From: a virus
Direction: 5' to 3' (one strand)
DNA length: 64,000 bases
IMG/VR virus record: IMGVR_UViG_3300036820_000002
Coordinates: 32,001 to 96,000 of that record
Under the pieces are notes generated by a model, which did no database searches, was not told the DNA's origin, and was given only the letters and a program-made list of their open reading frames with translations. Below, in pieces: positions 40,036 to 49,642 of the stretch (position 1 is the stretch's first letter; each line of letters opens with the position of its first letter). Both the position numbers and the translations under genes were made by a program.

Positions 40036-41976
40036 TTAGCTGTACGGGGTGGTGTCGGAAACCTGCAGGCCCTGCAGGATCCCCGAATAGAACGGCGCGT
40101 GCGCGATCAGGCTGCCCAGGAGGAAGATCGAGTACCTGAACGTCGCGTCGATGACAGGCCAGGCGACGCTGCAGTAGTCCTGGACGCAGGTCATCTCCCA
40201 CGCATTGTCGATGTGGCTCCAGGTCTGCGGCAGCTGGTAGCTCATCAGCAGGGCGGTGCCCTGGCTCATCCACGGGTGGACGGTGAGCTTGACGGTGCTG
40301 CGGGTGACCGGGTTGACGAACTCGGCGACGGCCGCGCCCGCCCGGATGCCGCTGATCTGGTCCTGGCTGATGTTCAGCAGGTAATTCAGCGCGCTGCCCT
40401 GCAGCAGCATGTCGTTGGCCAGCCGCATCAGGTCGCCGCCGTCCGCGACGATCTCGCTCGGGTCCGCCTTGTAGGCACCCGGGGTGACCTGGTTCATCCC
40501 GTTGTTCTCCCACAGGGCGTCCAGCGCGGTGAAGATCGCGTTGGTGCTCAGGTGGGTGCCGACGGACTGGTTGACGTAACCGCCCTGCCAGACGCCGCCG
40601 GCCTCGAAGCCGACATTGCTGTACGGCCCGGAGCCAGTCGAGGACAGGCCGGACAGGACGGGGATGAGCCCCTCCATCCGGTTGCCGGAACCGGTGCCGG
40701 TGTCGGCGCCGGGGGCGGCCTGCTGGGAGGAGGTGGAGATGGTCCCCTGCAGGGTGACCCGGTAACCGCCGACAGCGGTGGGGGACTGCTTGCCGGAGTA
40801 GGAGACACCGGACTGCACGGTGGTGCCGACCATCAGGTACGGGGTGGAGGCGGTCGCCGCGTAGATGTTGTACTGCTGAGCCCCCGGGACCGGGGAGATC
40901 GCGACATCAGCGACCGAGTTGGCCGCCAGGGTGGCGGTCCCGTTCGCGGAGGCGACCGTCTCGCCGAAGTAGTTCAGCGCGGTCACCGCGACATACAGGG
41001 TGCCTGATGTGGTGCCCAGCGCCGTCTCGTTGGAGCCGGCGGTCCGGACGGTGACCGTGGGGGCGGCCGGGGTCGCCAGCGGCTGCGAGCTGCCGGCGAT
41101 CATCTGGTATTCCTCGCCGAGCATCATCTCCTGCAGCAGGACCAGGTTCGCCAGTGCGCTCAGGTCCTCGAATCCCTGCCCCTCAAACTGGGCAAGCCAC
41201 GACAGTGCTTCGGTCAGCCCGAAGAAGCGGTAGGGGACGTTGAGCTTGTACTCGGTCTGCTTGCCGGTCTGCGGCAGGTTGATCGGCCAGTTCCCCGACC
41301 CGGAGATCGAGTTGTTCGAGGTCTGCACCAGCTCGGGGATCGAGATGTCGATGATCCCCTGGCCGCCGGTCTGGCTGCCGGAGATCCCGAGCAGGCCGTA
41401 GACCTGACGGGAAGCGCCCTGGCCGGCCGGCCTCGGGAACTTGTTCCGGAACAGGGTGTATACGGGATATACGAGCCTGCTCGGCGCAAGGAGGTCGAAG
41501 GGGACCAGGCCGTAGGGCTGGCCGGAGGTGCCCATGTTCGTCGCGGTGAACGACTTGGGCAGGTCCACGCCCATGCTCTTGGCGAGGGAGATGTCCATGC
41601 TCTTGCGGACGCTCGCGTCGTTGGCCAGCCGGTAACCGATGTTCCCTGCCGCCGGGTGGCGCAGGAAGTCGGGACTGAACCGGGCTGCGACGCTGTCGCT
41701 GTCCCAGCGCCCTTCGGCGACGGCCGCGCGGGTGTCCAGGATGGCCTGGTGGCTCTTGGACAGGATCGCGGTGTTATGCTGGGCCTCATTCAGCGGCACG
41801 CCGCCGTTGGTGACATGCCCGACGCCCTTGACCAGGGACTTGCTCAGCGAGGTGAAGGTCGCCTCATAATTACTGCGCCGCGCGGTCCGCGCGGCAGCGG
41901 CACTGGCCGCGCCGGCGCTGGCGCCGCCCATCTGGGGGGCCTCGATGCCCTCCTCGGTGCTGACGATATCCGCCAC
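40036..41976 (-). CDS. Major capsid protein (large, with beta-rich insertion)
   Basis: Follows protease/scaffold; PFDL.AP...P..T.FRN.FPR..GQG and VHPWM.QGT motifs. Confidence 0.8.
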   Translation of the reverse strand: MADIVSTEEGIEAPQMGGASAGAASAAAARTARRSNYEATFTSLSKSLVKGVGHVTNGGVPLNEAQHNTAILSKSHQAILDTRAAVAEGRWDSDSVAARFSPDFLRHPAAGNIGYRLANDASVRKSMDISLAKSMGVDLPKSFTATNMGTSGQPYGLVPFDLLAPSRLVYPVYTLFRNKFPRPAGQGASRQVYGLLGISGSQTGGQGIIDISIPELVQTSNNSISGSGNWPINLPQTGKQTEYKLNVPYRFFGLTEALSWLAQFEGQGFEDLSALANLVLLQEMMLGEEYQMIAGSSQPLATPAAPTVTVRTAGSNETALGTTSGTLYVAVTALNYFGETVASANGTATLAANSVADVAISPVPGAQQYNIYAATASTPYLMVGTTVQSGVSYSGKQSPTAVGGYRVTLQGTISTSSQQAAPGADTGTGSGNRMEGLIPVLSGLSSTGSGPYSNVGFEAGGVWQGGYVNQSVGTHLSTNAIFTALDALWENNGMNQVTPGAYKADPSEIVADGGDLMRLANDMLLQGSALNYLLNISQDQISGIRAGAAVAEFVNPVTRSTVKLTVHPWMSQGTALLMSYQLPQTWSHIDNAWEMTCVQDYCSVAWPVIDATFRYSIFLLGSLIAHAPFYSGILQGLQVSDTTPYS

Positions 41977-42002
41977 ACACTCTCCGATCTGCGGTAAGGA
42001 AC

Positions 42003-44576
42003 TCAGGACTGGTACTTGTCGAGCTCGGCCCGTGCGGCTTCCCGCTCAAAGGGGTTCTCGCTCGTACGCCAGGTGTGGGTCAGCTGGCGCTGGATCATCT
42101 GCTGAGTACGCTCCGCGTTCTCGGCGATCTGGGTCACGGCCGCCGGCCGGGACTTGCGGACGGGGTTCAGGGCGAGGCCGCTGAAGGCGGCAGTCAGCGG
42201 GTCCGGCTGGTCGGCGATGGCCTCCAGCACCCTCTGCTGCTCATCCAGGCGGTTCTGCTGGGTCTTGATGAGGTCAGCCATCGGGGCGAGCGCCTGCGTG
42301 ATGGCGGACTTGATGAGGTCCGGGTCAGGGTTGGCTGCTTTGAGCGATTCTTGCAGCTCCTGGATCTGCCCGGGGGTGGTGCCGGGGGCGCTCTTCGTGA
42401 CGTCGGGGGCGTTGTCCTTGCGGGACATCGAGTTGCCGACCCGCGCGCGCGCCTCATCCAGGGTGAGCTTGCCGCTCATCACCTTCTTGCCGAGCTTCTT
42501 GAGCATCTTCTTGCGGCTCTTGACCAGCTCCGTGTCCCCGGTCCCGGGATGCTCCGGCTCCTGGCCCTTGCCCTCGAAGGCGGGGACCGGCCGTGCCTGC
42601 CCCTGGGTGTGAGGGTCACGGGCCGTCATCGGGCAGGCCATCGGGAACTCGTGGGCCAGGTGGTCGTGGAGGGTGGCCAGCGCCTGGCGCGCCTTCTCCT
42701 TCTCGATGTAGGCGTAGGACAGGTTCACCGGCACGCCGGTCTCGGCGGGGTACTCCCAGTCGCCCTTCATGTGGCTCGGGCTCGGCGACTGGTGCCCGGC
42801 ACCCAGCGGCGGCCGGTCGAAGGAGTGTGCACTGGGCGCCGAGGAGGCCACCTGCGGGCTGGAATTCGGAGGGCCATAGCCCGGGGACAGGGCCGCCTGC
42901 CCGGCGGTGATCACCGGGCGGCAGAACGTCTGCGGGCTCATCGCGCCGGGGCTGGGATACGTTCCCGGGCCCGGGTTAGCGTCCCGGAATGCCTTGTGCA
43001 GCTCCAGCCGGTAATCGTTGAGCTCGGCCGGGTCGGCGGTCTTGAGGACCTGCACGGCCTTCCAGGCGCCGGTCAGCTCGTAAGCACGCTCCAGCGGGCC
43101 GCAGGCGGCATCCACGGCCTTGCGCATCCACAGGTCAGCGTCAATAGTGCTGGCGAAGCTGGCGTAGGGGTGGTACTTGAGGGTGTCCTGCGGATCATAG
43201 GCAGCGCAGGTAAGGTCGTGGAGGCGGCCCATGTCATGGTCGATGCCGATGGCCTTGAACCGCAGCATCGCGGCATGCTCGGGATCAGCGCTCTTGGTGT
43301 CAGGGGTCTTGCGCCCGGCTGGCATCGGGGATTCCTGCAGCGCGTCCGGGTGCGGGATCGGGTCCATGTCAGCGGCCTCAGCAGCGCCGGATGCCGTCTT
43401 CGGGTCGACCGCGCACTTGTCGGTATGAGCGTGGTCAGCCTTGCAGCTGCTGTCCCCGGAGTCATCGCTGTCACCCTTGCCGTCATTCATCCACGGCGGC
43501 AGCTTCTTGCCCTTCTTCGGCTTCTTCGCCTTCGCCGGCTCCTTAGTGACCTCCGGGGTCGCCTCGGCCGTCAGGGCACTGTCGTCCTTGACGACGTCGG
43601 GGGTAACCTCATCGGTCACACACTGTCCTTTCTCCGACTCCTCGGAGTCATGGAGGGGGTTGGGAACATCCAGTTCGCGGGCACGGCGCGCGATCAGGCG
43701 CTTGGCGCCGCTGACGTTGCCGTGACCGGACCGGGCCAGCACCGCCGCGTTGTGCAGGTCGTCGGCGTTCTCGATCGGGTAGCTGCCGTCGGGGAGGGCG
43801 CTGCCTTCCCCGGCCAGCCGGCGGCGGGTCGCGGTATCGATGTCGCGCTTGTACACGGCGTACTCGGCGTCGGTGATGGCCTTGGCGGCCAGCTCGTCGT
43901 AATGGCTCTCGACGACCTTGTGCTGCATGATCTTCATCAGGTCGTCGGGGGTGAAGGTGATGGACAGGTCGGGAGCCTTGGGGCGCTCCTGTACCGCGTT
44001 CTGCGATTTGGTCACGGCGTCACCGGAGAGGTACTTCGCGATGACATCCTCGTCGCCGAACACGTCGTTGAGCAGATGGACGGTACCGCCCTCGGACTTG
44101 ACCAGGGCGATGCCGCAGGACTTGTTGGCGGGGCGGTCGACCAGGGAGATTTCCACGATCTGGCCCCCGGTGATGATGCCGCCGCGCGCCTTGCCGGTGA
44201 CGTCGCGCTCGATGACGGGGCGGGCGATCCCGACGCTGTAGGCGGTCAGCACTCCCTTGGCGACCAGCTTCTGGGCTACCGGCTCCACCACCAGTGCCTT
44301 GACCCAGGTGGCGTTGCCGTCATGCTCGACGGCGATGCCCTTCCCGGCCGGGTCGCGCTGCGGGTTGTGCTGGACCCGGACGTTGGCGCCGGTCTCCTGC
44401 CAGGCCTTGATCGCAGCGAAGGCGAAAGCGGGCTGGACGATCTGCTCGTCGGCATCGACGCTGCCGTCGGTTGCCTTCCCGTAGACGACCAGGTCACCGT
44501 CAGCATTCGTCTCCGACTTCTCAATCGGGAAACTGGCGAAAACCAGTTCGTCAGTACCGGTCAGCGTTACCGCCAC
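42003..44576 (-). CDS. Prohead protease/scaffold fusion
   Basis: N-terminal HK97-type protease (VYGKAT...D.D.Q, QH, YSVGI, EISLVDRPAN); ALPDGSYPI domain; C-terminal coiled coil. Confidence 0.85.
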   Translation of the reverse strand: MAVTLTGTDELVFASFPIEKSETNADGDLVVYGKATDGSVDADEQIVQPAFAFAAIKAWQETGANVRVQHNPQRDPAGKGIAVEHDGNATWVKALVVEPVAQKLVAKGVLTAYSVGIARPVIERDVTGKARGGIITGGQIVEISLVDRPANKSCGIALVKSEGGTVHLLNDVFGDEDVIAKYLSGDAVTKSQNAVQERPKAPDLSITFTPDDLMKIMQHKVVESHYDELAAKAITDAEYAVYKRDIDTATRRRLAGEGSALPDGSYPIENADDLHNAAVLARSGHGNVSGAKRLIARRARELDVPNPLHDSEESEKGQCVTDEVTPDVVKDDSALTAEATPEVTKEPAKAKKPKKGKKLPPWMNDGKGDSDDSGDSSCKADHAHTDKCAVDPKTASGAAEAADMDPIPHPDALQESPMPAGRKTPDTKSADPEHAAMLRFKAIGIDHDMGRLHDLTCAAYDPQDTLKYHPYASFASTIDADLWMRKAVDAACGPLERAYELTGAWKAVQVLKTADPAELNDYRLELHKAFRDANPGPGTYPSPGAMSPQTFCRPVITAGQAALSPGYGPPNSSPQVASSAPSAHSFDRPPLGAGHQSPSPSHMKGDWEYPAETGVPVNLSYAYIEKEKARQALATLHDHLAHEFPMACPMTARDPHTQGQARPVPAFEGKGQEPEHPGTGDTELVKSRKKMLKKLGKKVMSGKLTLDEARARVGNSMSRKDNAPDVTKSAPGTTPGQIQELQESLKAANPDPDLIKSAITQALAPMADLIKTQQNRLDEQQRVLEAIADQPDPLTAAFSGLALNPVRKSRPAAVTQIAENAERTQQMIQRQLTHTWRTSENPFEREAARAELDKYQS

Positions 44577-44588
44577 ACAGCTCCTCGG

Positions 44589-44774
44589 TTATTTCTTCCT
44601 GAGCGTCCGGGCAACCCAGGCACCGTGGCGGCCGAACGGCACCACGTATCCTGCCTCGGTGTAGATCACTCCGTGTTTCAGCTTCGGGTTGATGCCTGCG
44701 CGCCCGGCAGCGTTGAGCGCGCAGGCCAGGTCATGCAGCAGCAGGGCATTCCTGCGCTTCTTCTTCCTGCTCAC
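44589..44774 (-). CDS. Small basic protein
   Basis: GTGA overlap with the upstream gene; MSRKKKRRN... Confidence 0.5.
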   Translation of the reverse strand: MSRKKKRRNALLLHDLACALNAAGRAGINPKLKHGVIYTEAGYVVPFGRHGAWVARTLRKK

Positions 44775-45091
44775 GCCACCGAGGTGAGGACGGCGGTGCC
44801 GGTCCACGGGTTAGACCCGGTGACGGTGTCGCTGGCCAGCGTCCAGGTGCCGGACGGGGTGCGGGTGTCGGTGGCGGCGGCGGTCACCGGGAGCATCGCC
44901 CCGGCGGCGGCCACGGTCAGCGTCCCGCTCTGGCTGGCGCTGGTGCTGGCGTCGGTGACGGTGGCGGTGACGGTGCTCCCCACGTCGGAGGAGGCGGCGT
45001 CGGTGCTGGTGTAGATGACAGTCAGGGTGATGGTGTCACCCGGGTTATAGACCGCCTGGTCGAAGGTCATGCTGGTGATGGCGAGGGACAT
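44771..45091 (-). CDS. Ig-like Thr-rich virion protein
   Basis: FDQAVYNPGDTITLTV.Y; SD AGGAGG. Confidence 0.65.
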   Translation of the reverse strand: MSLAITSMTFDQAVYNPGDTITLTVIYTSTDAASSDVGSTVTATVTDASTSASQSGTLTVAAAGAMLPVTAAATDTRTPSGTWTLASDTVTGSNPWTGTAVLTSVA

Positions 45092-45202
45092 GCTTCCTCC
45101 TGATGCGGATCCGCGCCTTGTGGGACGCGTGAGATTCCTGGTCGCCGATATGGACAGTGACGGTTACGGCCCTGGTTTTCCCCCAGGGCAGCCAGCGGAG
45201 CA

Positions 45203-45520
45203 TCAGTGATGGGTCTCCTTGAGCGCGTCCCATTCCGCCAGGGCATTCCTGGCGGCCTGCCGGACCTCACCGGTCACTGTCTCCTTCCCGCCGAAGGAGG
45301 TACCTGCCGCCCATTCCCGCATAGCGGCTATCGCGGTTGCTATTGCCCGGGACTCATCCATTCCCTGGGTGCGCATGAGCGCTCTCGCGGTATTCTGGAT
45401 ATAAGCGGGGAGCTGCTGGCGCTGCGGGATCTTCCTGCTGGGCGTGCGCCACAGCCCGTGGGTCCCGAGCGGGTGATGAACGGTACTGGCGGCCGGTGTC
45501 CGTGCTGACTTCTTCTTCAC
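45203..45520 (-). CDS. Phage hypothetical protein
   Basis: LPAYIQNTARALMR..G...SRAIATAI...W...A.AEW; GTG start chosen. Confidence 0.6.
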   Translation of the reverse strand: MKKKSARTPAASTVHHPLGTHGLWRTPSRKIPQRQQLPAYIQNTARALMRTQGMDESRAIATAIAAMREWAAGTSFGGKETVTGEVRQAARNALAEWDALKETHH

Positions 45521-45537
45521 TGCCCAGGCTTCCGCGT

Positions 45538-48500
45538 TTACTTGTTCTCTGGTGAATTCCCCTGGTGCAGCTGCGCGGAATGTGTTTCCAGCGCGGCCAT
45601 CCGGTCCTGCGGGCGGATCGTGCCGATATAGGACAGCACATCCTGCTTCAGGTTGTGCCGGGCGATGGCGCGGTGGTGGCCGTCGACAAGGAATCCCTTG
45701 CTGCCGCCGGGTTCCTGGACCAGGATGCTCGGTGCGACATGGCCCTTGTGCGCGGTGATGGCCCGCTCGAATTCCTTTACCTTGCCCGGCTGGTGGGTGG
45801 CCGCCCATTTGCTGATGTCGTCGGTGTCGATGCTATCCCACGGCACTGAGACCGGTCCCTGCCAGGTAGCACGTTTCACCCAGGCGATCTTCTCCGGCGG
45901 GAAGTTCTGCGACATCGCCAGGTAAATGTGCTCCGCCTCGACGGGATTAGGGTCACGGAAGTCCGCTGCCCCTTTACGGGCTCCGGGAATGTCGTGGACG
46001 GTGTTTCCCTCAGGGGTGAGTTCCTCCACGGCCTCGCCGGGATCGAAGGCTTCCGGAGGGACGGCTCGCGGGTTATAGGGCTTCAGGGCCTGCGGTTCAT
46101 AGACCCCGACGACCGGGTGGCCGGAATCGTTCTTCGGGATGCCTGCGGCATCGCCGCCGGGATCACTGCCGATACCCCCGTCTGGCCAGGTTCCTTCTGT
46201 CTCCTGGCCGGGGAAGCGGCTCGCCGGGCGGTTACGGGTCCGGCGGCGGGGAAATGCGTCATCCTCGCTGCCCCGGGGGTAGATGACGGCCCCGGCGGAA
46301 TCGCTGTCCGGGTCGCTTCTGGGCGGTTCTCCCCCGGCGCTGCTTCCCGGTACTGCCCCGGGGCCGGCATCGGGCCATTCAGCACCCTGCGCGTTATGCG
46401 GGTAGGGCCAGCGGGCACCGCCGCCCTGCGCGGAGACGTCCTGGCCGTCCAGGACGATGCGCTCGCCGTTCTCGGTGACCATGTTCTGCAGGAACTTCAG
46501 CGAGTCATCCTTCAGGGTGTCGCTGAGATGGATCTCATCCTCCCAGTCACCCCGGAAGCCGCTGGTGAGATCCAGGCCGCTGACCTGGCTGCGGCGGAAC
46601 CAGGCTGCCCCGGCGCTTTCCTGCGGGGTGGACCCGTTCATCCTCGGGGTGAAGATCTCCGGAGCCTCGCAGAGCCACAGGTAGGAGGTTTTCCCGTCAG
46701 GGTCGGTGTGGGTGAAGTCGCGGATCACCCGCAGCTGCGGGATGTCCCCGATCTCCTCGGTGGTTTCCCGGACCGCCGCGTCCCAGCCGTCCTCGCCGGG
46801 GTGGGCGCTGCCGCCGGGCATGCCCCAGTCGCCGTCATCACGCTGCTGCAGCAGGTAACGCCATTTCCCGTGATCATCACGGGCCCGGATGAGCAGCCAG
46901 GCGACCCGCGCAGGGTCACCGGACTTATGCGCCAGCGGCGGGAGGGCTTCTACCCCTGCGGGCGCGGGAACGCAGCGGCAGCCGGGATGGCACAGCCCCA
47001 GCATCCCGCCGGCGGAGAAGGGAGCATCCAGCGGGATGTCGCCGTCATCGGCGGCGTTCAGGCAGGTATCGCAGGCATCCCCGGTCAGCAGGTGCTTGTA
47101 GGTGACCCCGGCGTCCTTGTAGGCGGCGAGCGCACCAGTATTCATGGCACGTGCCACCTCGGTATGGGCGATCATCTGGCTGCGGGCGGCGGAGTTGCCC
47201 AGACCGGTCCGGGAGACCTGGCTGAGCCAGTGCTGTCCCTCGGTATCCAGGAAGCCCTGTACCGCGTGCGGGTCAGGCTCGCCGTGATGGCCGGCCAGGA
47301 TAGTGCCGGATTCATAGCCCAGCTGCCAGGCGCTTTCCCACATCGGGGTCATCGCATCGAGGAAGATGCCCTTCGTCTGGTCGGCGATGATGTCCAGCAG
47401 CGTGCTCCGGGTGGTCATCAGCACCCCGGCAGCGGCATCCTTGCGAATCCCGGAGCTCTTGATCTCCGCGTCCTGGAACGCCTGCGCGATCACGGCGGTG
47501 TACTTATGGACCAGGGTGAGATCATGCTGCCAGCCGGGGAACCAGGACTCGCCGTGGTGGCGGATATGCGAGGCCTTCTCTTCGCCGAGGAGCTGCCCGG
47601 CTCGCTCGACCGCGACGTCCAGCAGGACGCCCTTGGCGATGTCCTCGGCGATCATGGCCAGGGTGCCGTTGCCGATGTGCTCAGGCTTCCAGGAGGAGAT
47701 CAGCCGGCCCTTGCGCAGGTGGCGGCGCAGCGCGTCCAGCTCTGAGGCCGCCGCCTTCTTCCGCGACCCCGCCACGGAGCTGCGGCTGGTGGTGCCGCCG
47801 GTCCTCGGGGTCGGGGACTGGACGGCGCCCTGGGCTGCCGCATGCCCGGGGGTGATGCCGCCTTCGCGGTGCGGGGCCAGCGGTGCCGGGTGACTGCCGT
47901 TGGGCTTGGTCTGCCCCGCCTGCCGGACGCTGGGCTGGCTGGTCCGGCTCCTGGTGGAGGAGGTGCGTTGCCCGGAGTTGGTGCCCTGCCCGGCCTGGGC
48001 CGCCGCGATGAGCTGCGGGGCCATGCTGAACGGGATCGGGCCTTGCGCGGTGAACACGACCGGCTCGCTGGTCTCCTGCAGGTTCCACGGCGGCAGGTCC
48101 AGCCGGTCGCGGACCTCATCGATGGAGGCGATGCCGTTCTGCACCTGCTGGACGCCCAGCTCAGTGATGGCCTGCTTGTCCTCGTCGTCGACGAGCCCCT
48201 CGAACTGGAACTGCATGTCCGGCATCTGGCAGATGTCCTGCAGGATGTGGTTGAAGATGTCGCAGAGGAACAGCAGCAGGGGCATCGTCGACTTGCGGGA
48301 CTTGATGTCACGGGACTGCTGCCCGGCGAACCGGACCCCGGACGCGCTCGGGCCGGTAGAGGTGCCGCCGATGTCGGGGATGATGCCCAGCTCCTGCGGC
48401 TGCACGTCGAAGGCCATGCAGACCTGGTTCATGACCAGGTAGTCGAAGGAGTCGGAGAGGTCCACCGGCCGCTGCGGCTCCACTTTCGAGCCCGGCGGCA

Positions 48501-49632
48501 GCACGACCACTTTCAGGTGGTAGGCGGGGTCGCCGGCAAGGGCGTTGAGGGCATTCTGCAGCTCCCCGATCTGGGTCGGGGTGATGTTCGGGTCGCCGGG
48601 AGAGATGTAGACCGCCGGGACAGTCCCCTCGGTGAAGTAGTCGAGCTGGAATTCCTGTTTCTGCAGCCCGGAGATGATCGGCAGCAGCGCCCGTTCCACC
48701 GGCGGGAAGCCGTAGGGGGATTCCCGTTGCGGCCAGTACGGGGCATACAGCATGATGTCGGTGCTGAACTTGTTGACCTCGGCCCCGGCCAGCCCGGCGT
48801 CATCGATGTCGGCACCGGTCGCGATCGTCATGTAGTCGCTGCGCGGCACCCCGTAGAGGAACTGCTGGTAGGCAGGCGCCGGGGGGGGCGGGTGCTCGCC
48901 GTGGATCCCGATCAGCGGCCGGATGGTGGGGCCGGAGACCAGCCGCAGGCTGTCCAGGTCGCTGCCGAGGAGGCCGCGCCCGCCCATCCCAAAGGAGGCG
49001 CCGTATTTCGGGCGGAAGATGACGGTCAGCGCGTCATACACGAAGATCTCTTCGAGAAGCGCGTTCAGGAAGCTCTGGAAGGTCCAGAAATCCGGGTCCG
49101 GGTGGCGGAAGAACCGCACCGCCTTGGCTTTGCGCTCGCCGAAGTCGCGCATCGCCTTCGCGTCACCCTGGTAGGCCTTGGCGGCGTCAGTGGTCAAGGT
49201 GATGTCCCAGCGCAGCCCCCGGATCTCCTGCTGGCGCAGGTCGATGGATGCCCTGGCGACAGAGTACTTCTGGGCCAGCGTGCGGAGCTGGTCGAAGGAG
49301 GCGAGCTTGAGGCCCTCGGTGCCGGGAGGGGTGGGCAGGTTCCAGCCGGTGCGGTACTGCCACAGCCGTGGGTCCGGGTAGAGGCCGCCGGACGGCGGCT
49401 CGTCGACGGGGACCGGCTGAATCGGGGACATCGGGGCGAATGCGCCGTCGGTGAAGACGCGGCTCGGGCGGGGCAGGAAGGGCCCGTAGGTGTTTGCATA
49501 GGGGTCCTGGAACCAGGCATTCGCCTGTACCGGGCTGATCTGGCCCATGCCGCCGGACTGGGGGGCGGGTGTGTAGCGGGCCCCGCCCGGGATTGCCTTC
49601 ATCGCGGCGACCAGCGCACCGGGACGCGCCAT
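45538..49632 (-). CDS. Portal protein fused to MuF-like, Nudix and ParB/Srx-like domains
   Basis: Portal (PYGFPPVE, YFTEGTVP, AF.V.P.ELG, IDEVR..L.LPP); IAHTEVARA...C..C...HPGCRC; Nudix box GG.....E....AAVRETTEEIG; LVDGHHR. Confidence 0.85.
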   Translation of the reverse strand: MARPGALVAAMKAIPGGARYTPAPQSGGMGQISPVQANAWFQDPYANTYGPFLPRPSRVFTDGAFAPMSPIQPVPVDEPPSGGLYPDPRLWQYRTGWNLPTPPGTEGLKLASFDQLRTLAQKYSVARASIDLRQQEIRGLRWDITLTTDAAKAYQGDAKAMRDFGERKAKAVRFFRHPDPDFWTFQSFLNALLEEIFVYDALTVIFRPKYGASFGMGGRGLLGSDLDSLRLVSGPTIRPLIGIHGEHPPPPAPAYQQFLYGVPRSDYMTIATGADIDDAGLAGAEVNKFSTDIMLYAPYWPQRESPYGFPPVERALLPIISGLQKQEFQLDYFTEGTVPAVYISPGDPNITPTQIGELQNALNALAGDPAYHLKVVVLPPGSKVEPQRPVDLSDSFDYLVMNQVCMAFDVQPQELGIIPDIGGTSTGPSASGVRFAGQQSRDIKSRKSTMPLLLFLCDIFNHILQDICQMPDMQFQFEGLVDDEDKQAITELGVQQVQNGIASIDEVRDRLDLPPWNLQETSEPVVFTAQGPIPFSMAPQLIAAAQAGQGTNSGQRTSSTRSRTSQPSVRQAGQTKPNGSHPAPLAPHREGGITPGHAAAQGAVQSPTPRTGGTTSRSSVAGSRKKAAASELDALRRHLRKGRLISSWKPEHIGNGTLAMIAEDIAKGVLLDVAVERAGQLLGEEKASHIRHHGESWFPGWQHDLTLVHKYTAVIAQAFQDAEIKSSGIRKDAAAGVLMTTRSTLLDIIADQTKGIFLDAMTPMWESAWQLGYESGTILAGHHGEPDPHAVQGFLDTEGQHWLSQVSRTGLGNSAARSQMIAHTEVARAMNTGALAAYKDAGVTYKHLLTGDACDTCLNAADDGDIPLDAPFSAGGMLGLCHPGCRCVPAPAGVEALPPLAHKSGDPARVAWLLIRARDDHGKWRYLLQQRDDGDWGMPGGSAHPGEDGWDAAVRETTEEIGDIPQLRVIRDFTHTDPDGKTSYLWLCEAPEIFTPRMNGSTPQESAGAAWFRRSQVSGLDLTSGFRGDWEDEIHLSDTLKDDSLKFLQNMVTENGERIVLDGQDVSAQGGGARWPYPHNAQGAEWPDAGPGAVPGSSAGGEPPRSDPDSDSAGAVIYPRGSEDDAFPRRRTRNRPASRFPGQETEGTWPDGGIGSDPGGDAAGIPKNDSGHPVVGVYEPQALKPYNPRAVPPEAFDPGEAVEELTPEGNTVHDIPGARKGAADFRDPNPVEAEHIYLAMSQNFPPEKIAWVKRATWQGPVSVPWDSIDTDDISKWAATHQPGKVKEFERAITAHKGHVAPSILVQEPGGSKGFLVDGHHRAIARHNLKQDVLSYIGTIRPQDRMAALETHSAQLHQGNSPENK

Positions 49633-49642
49633 CCGTGCCTTT

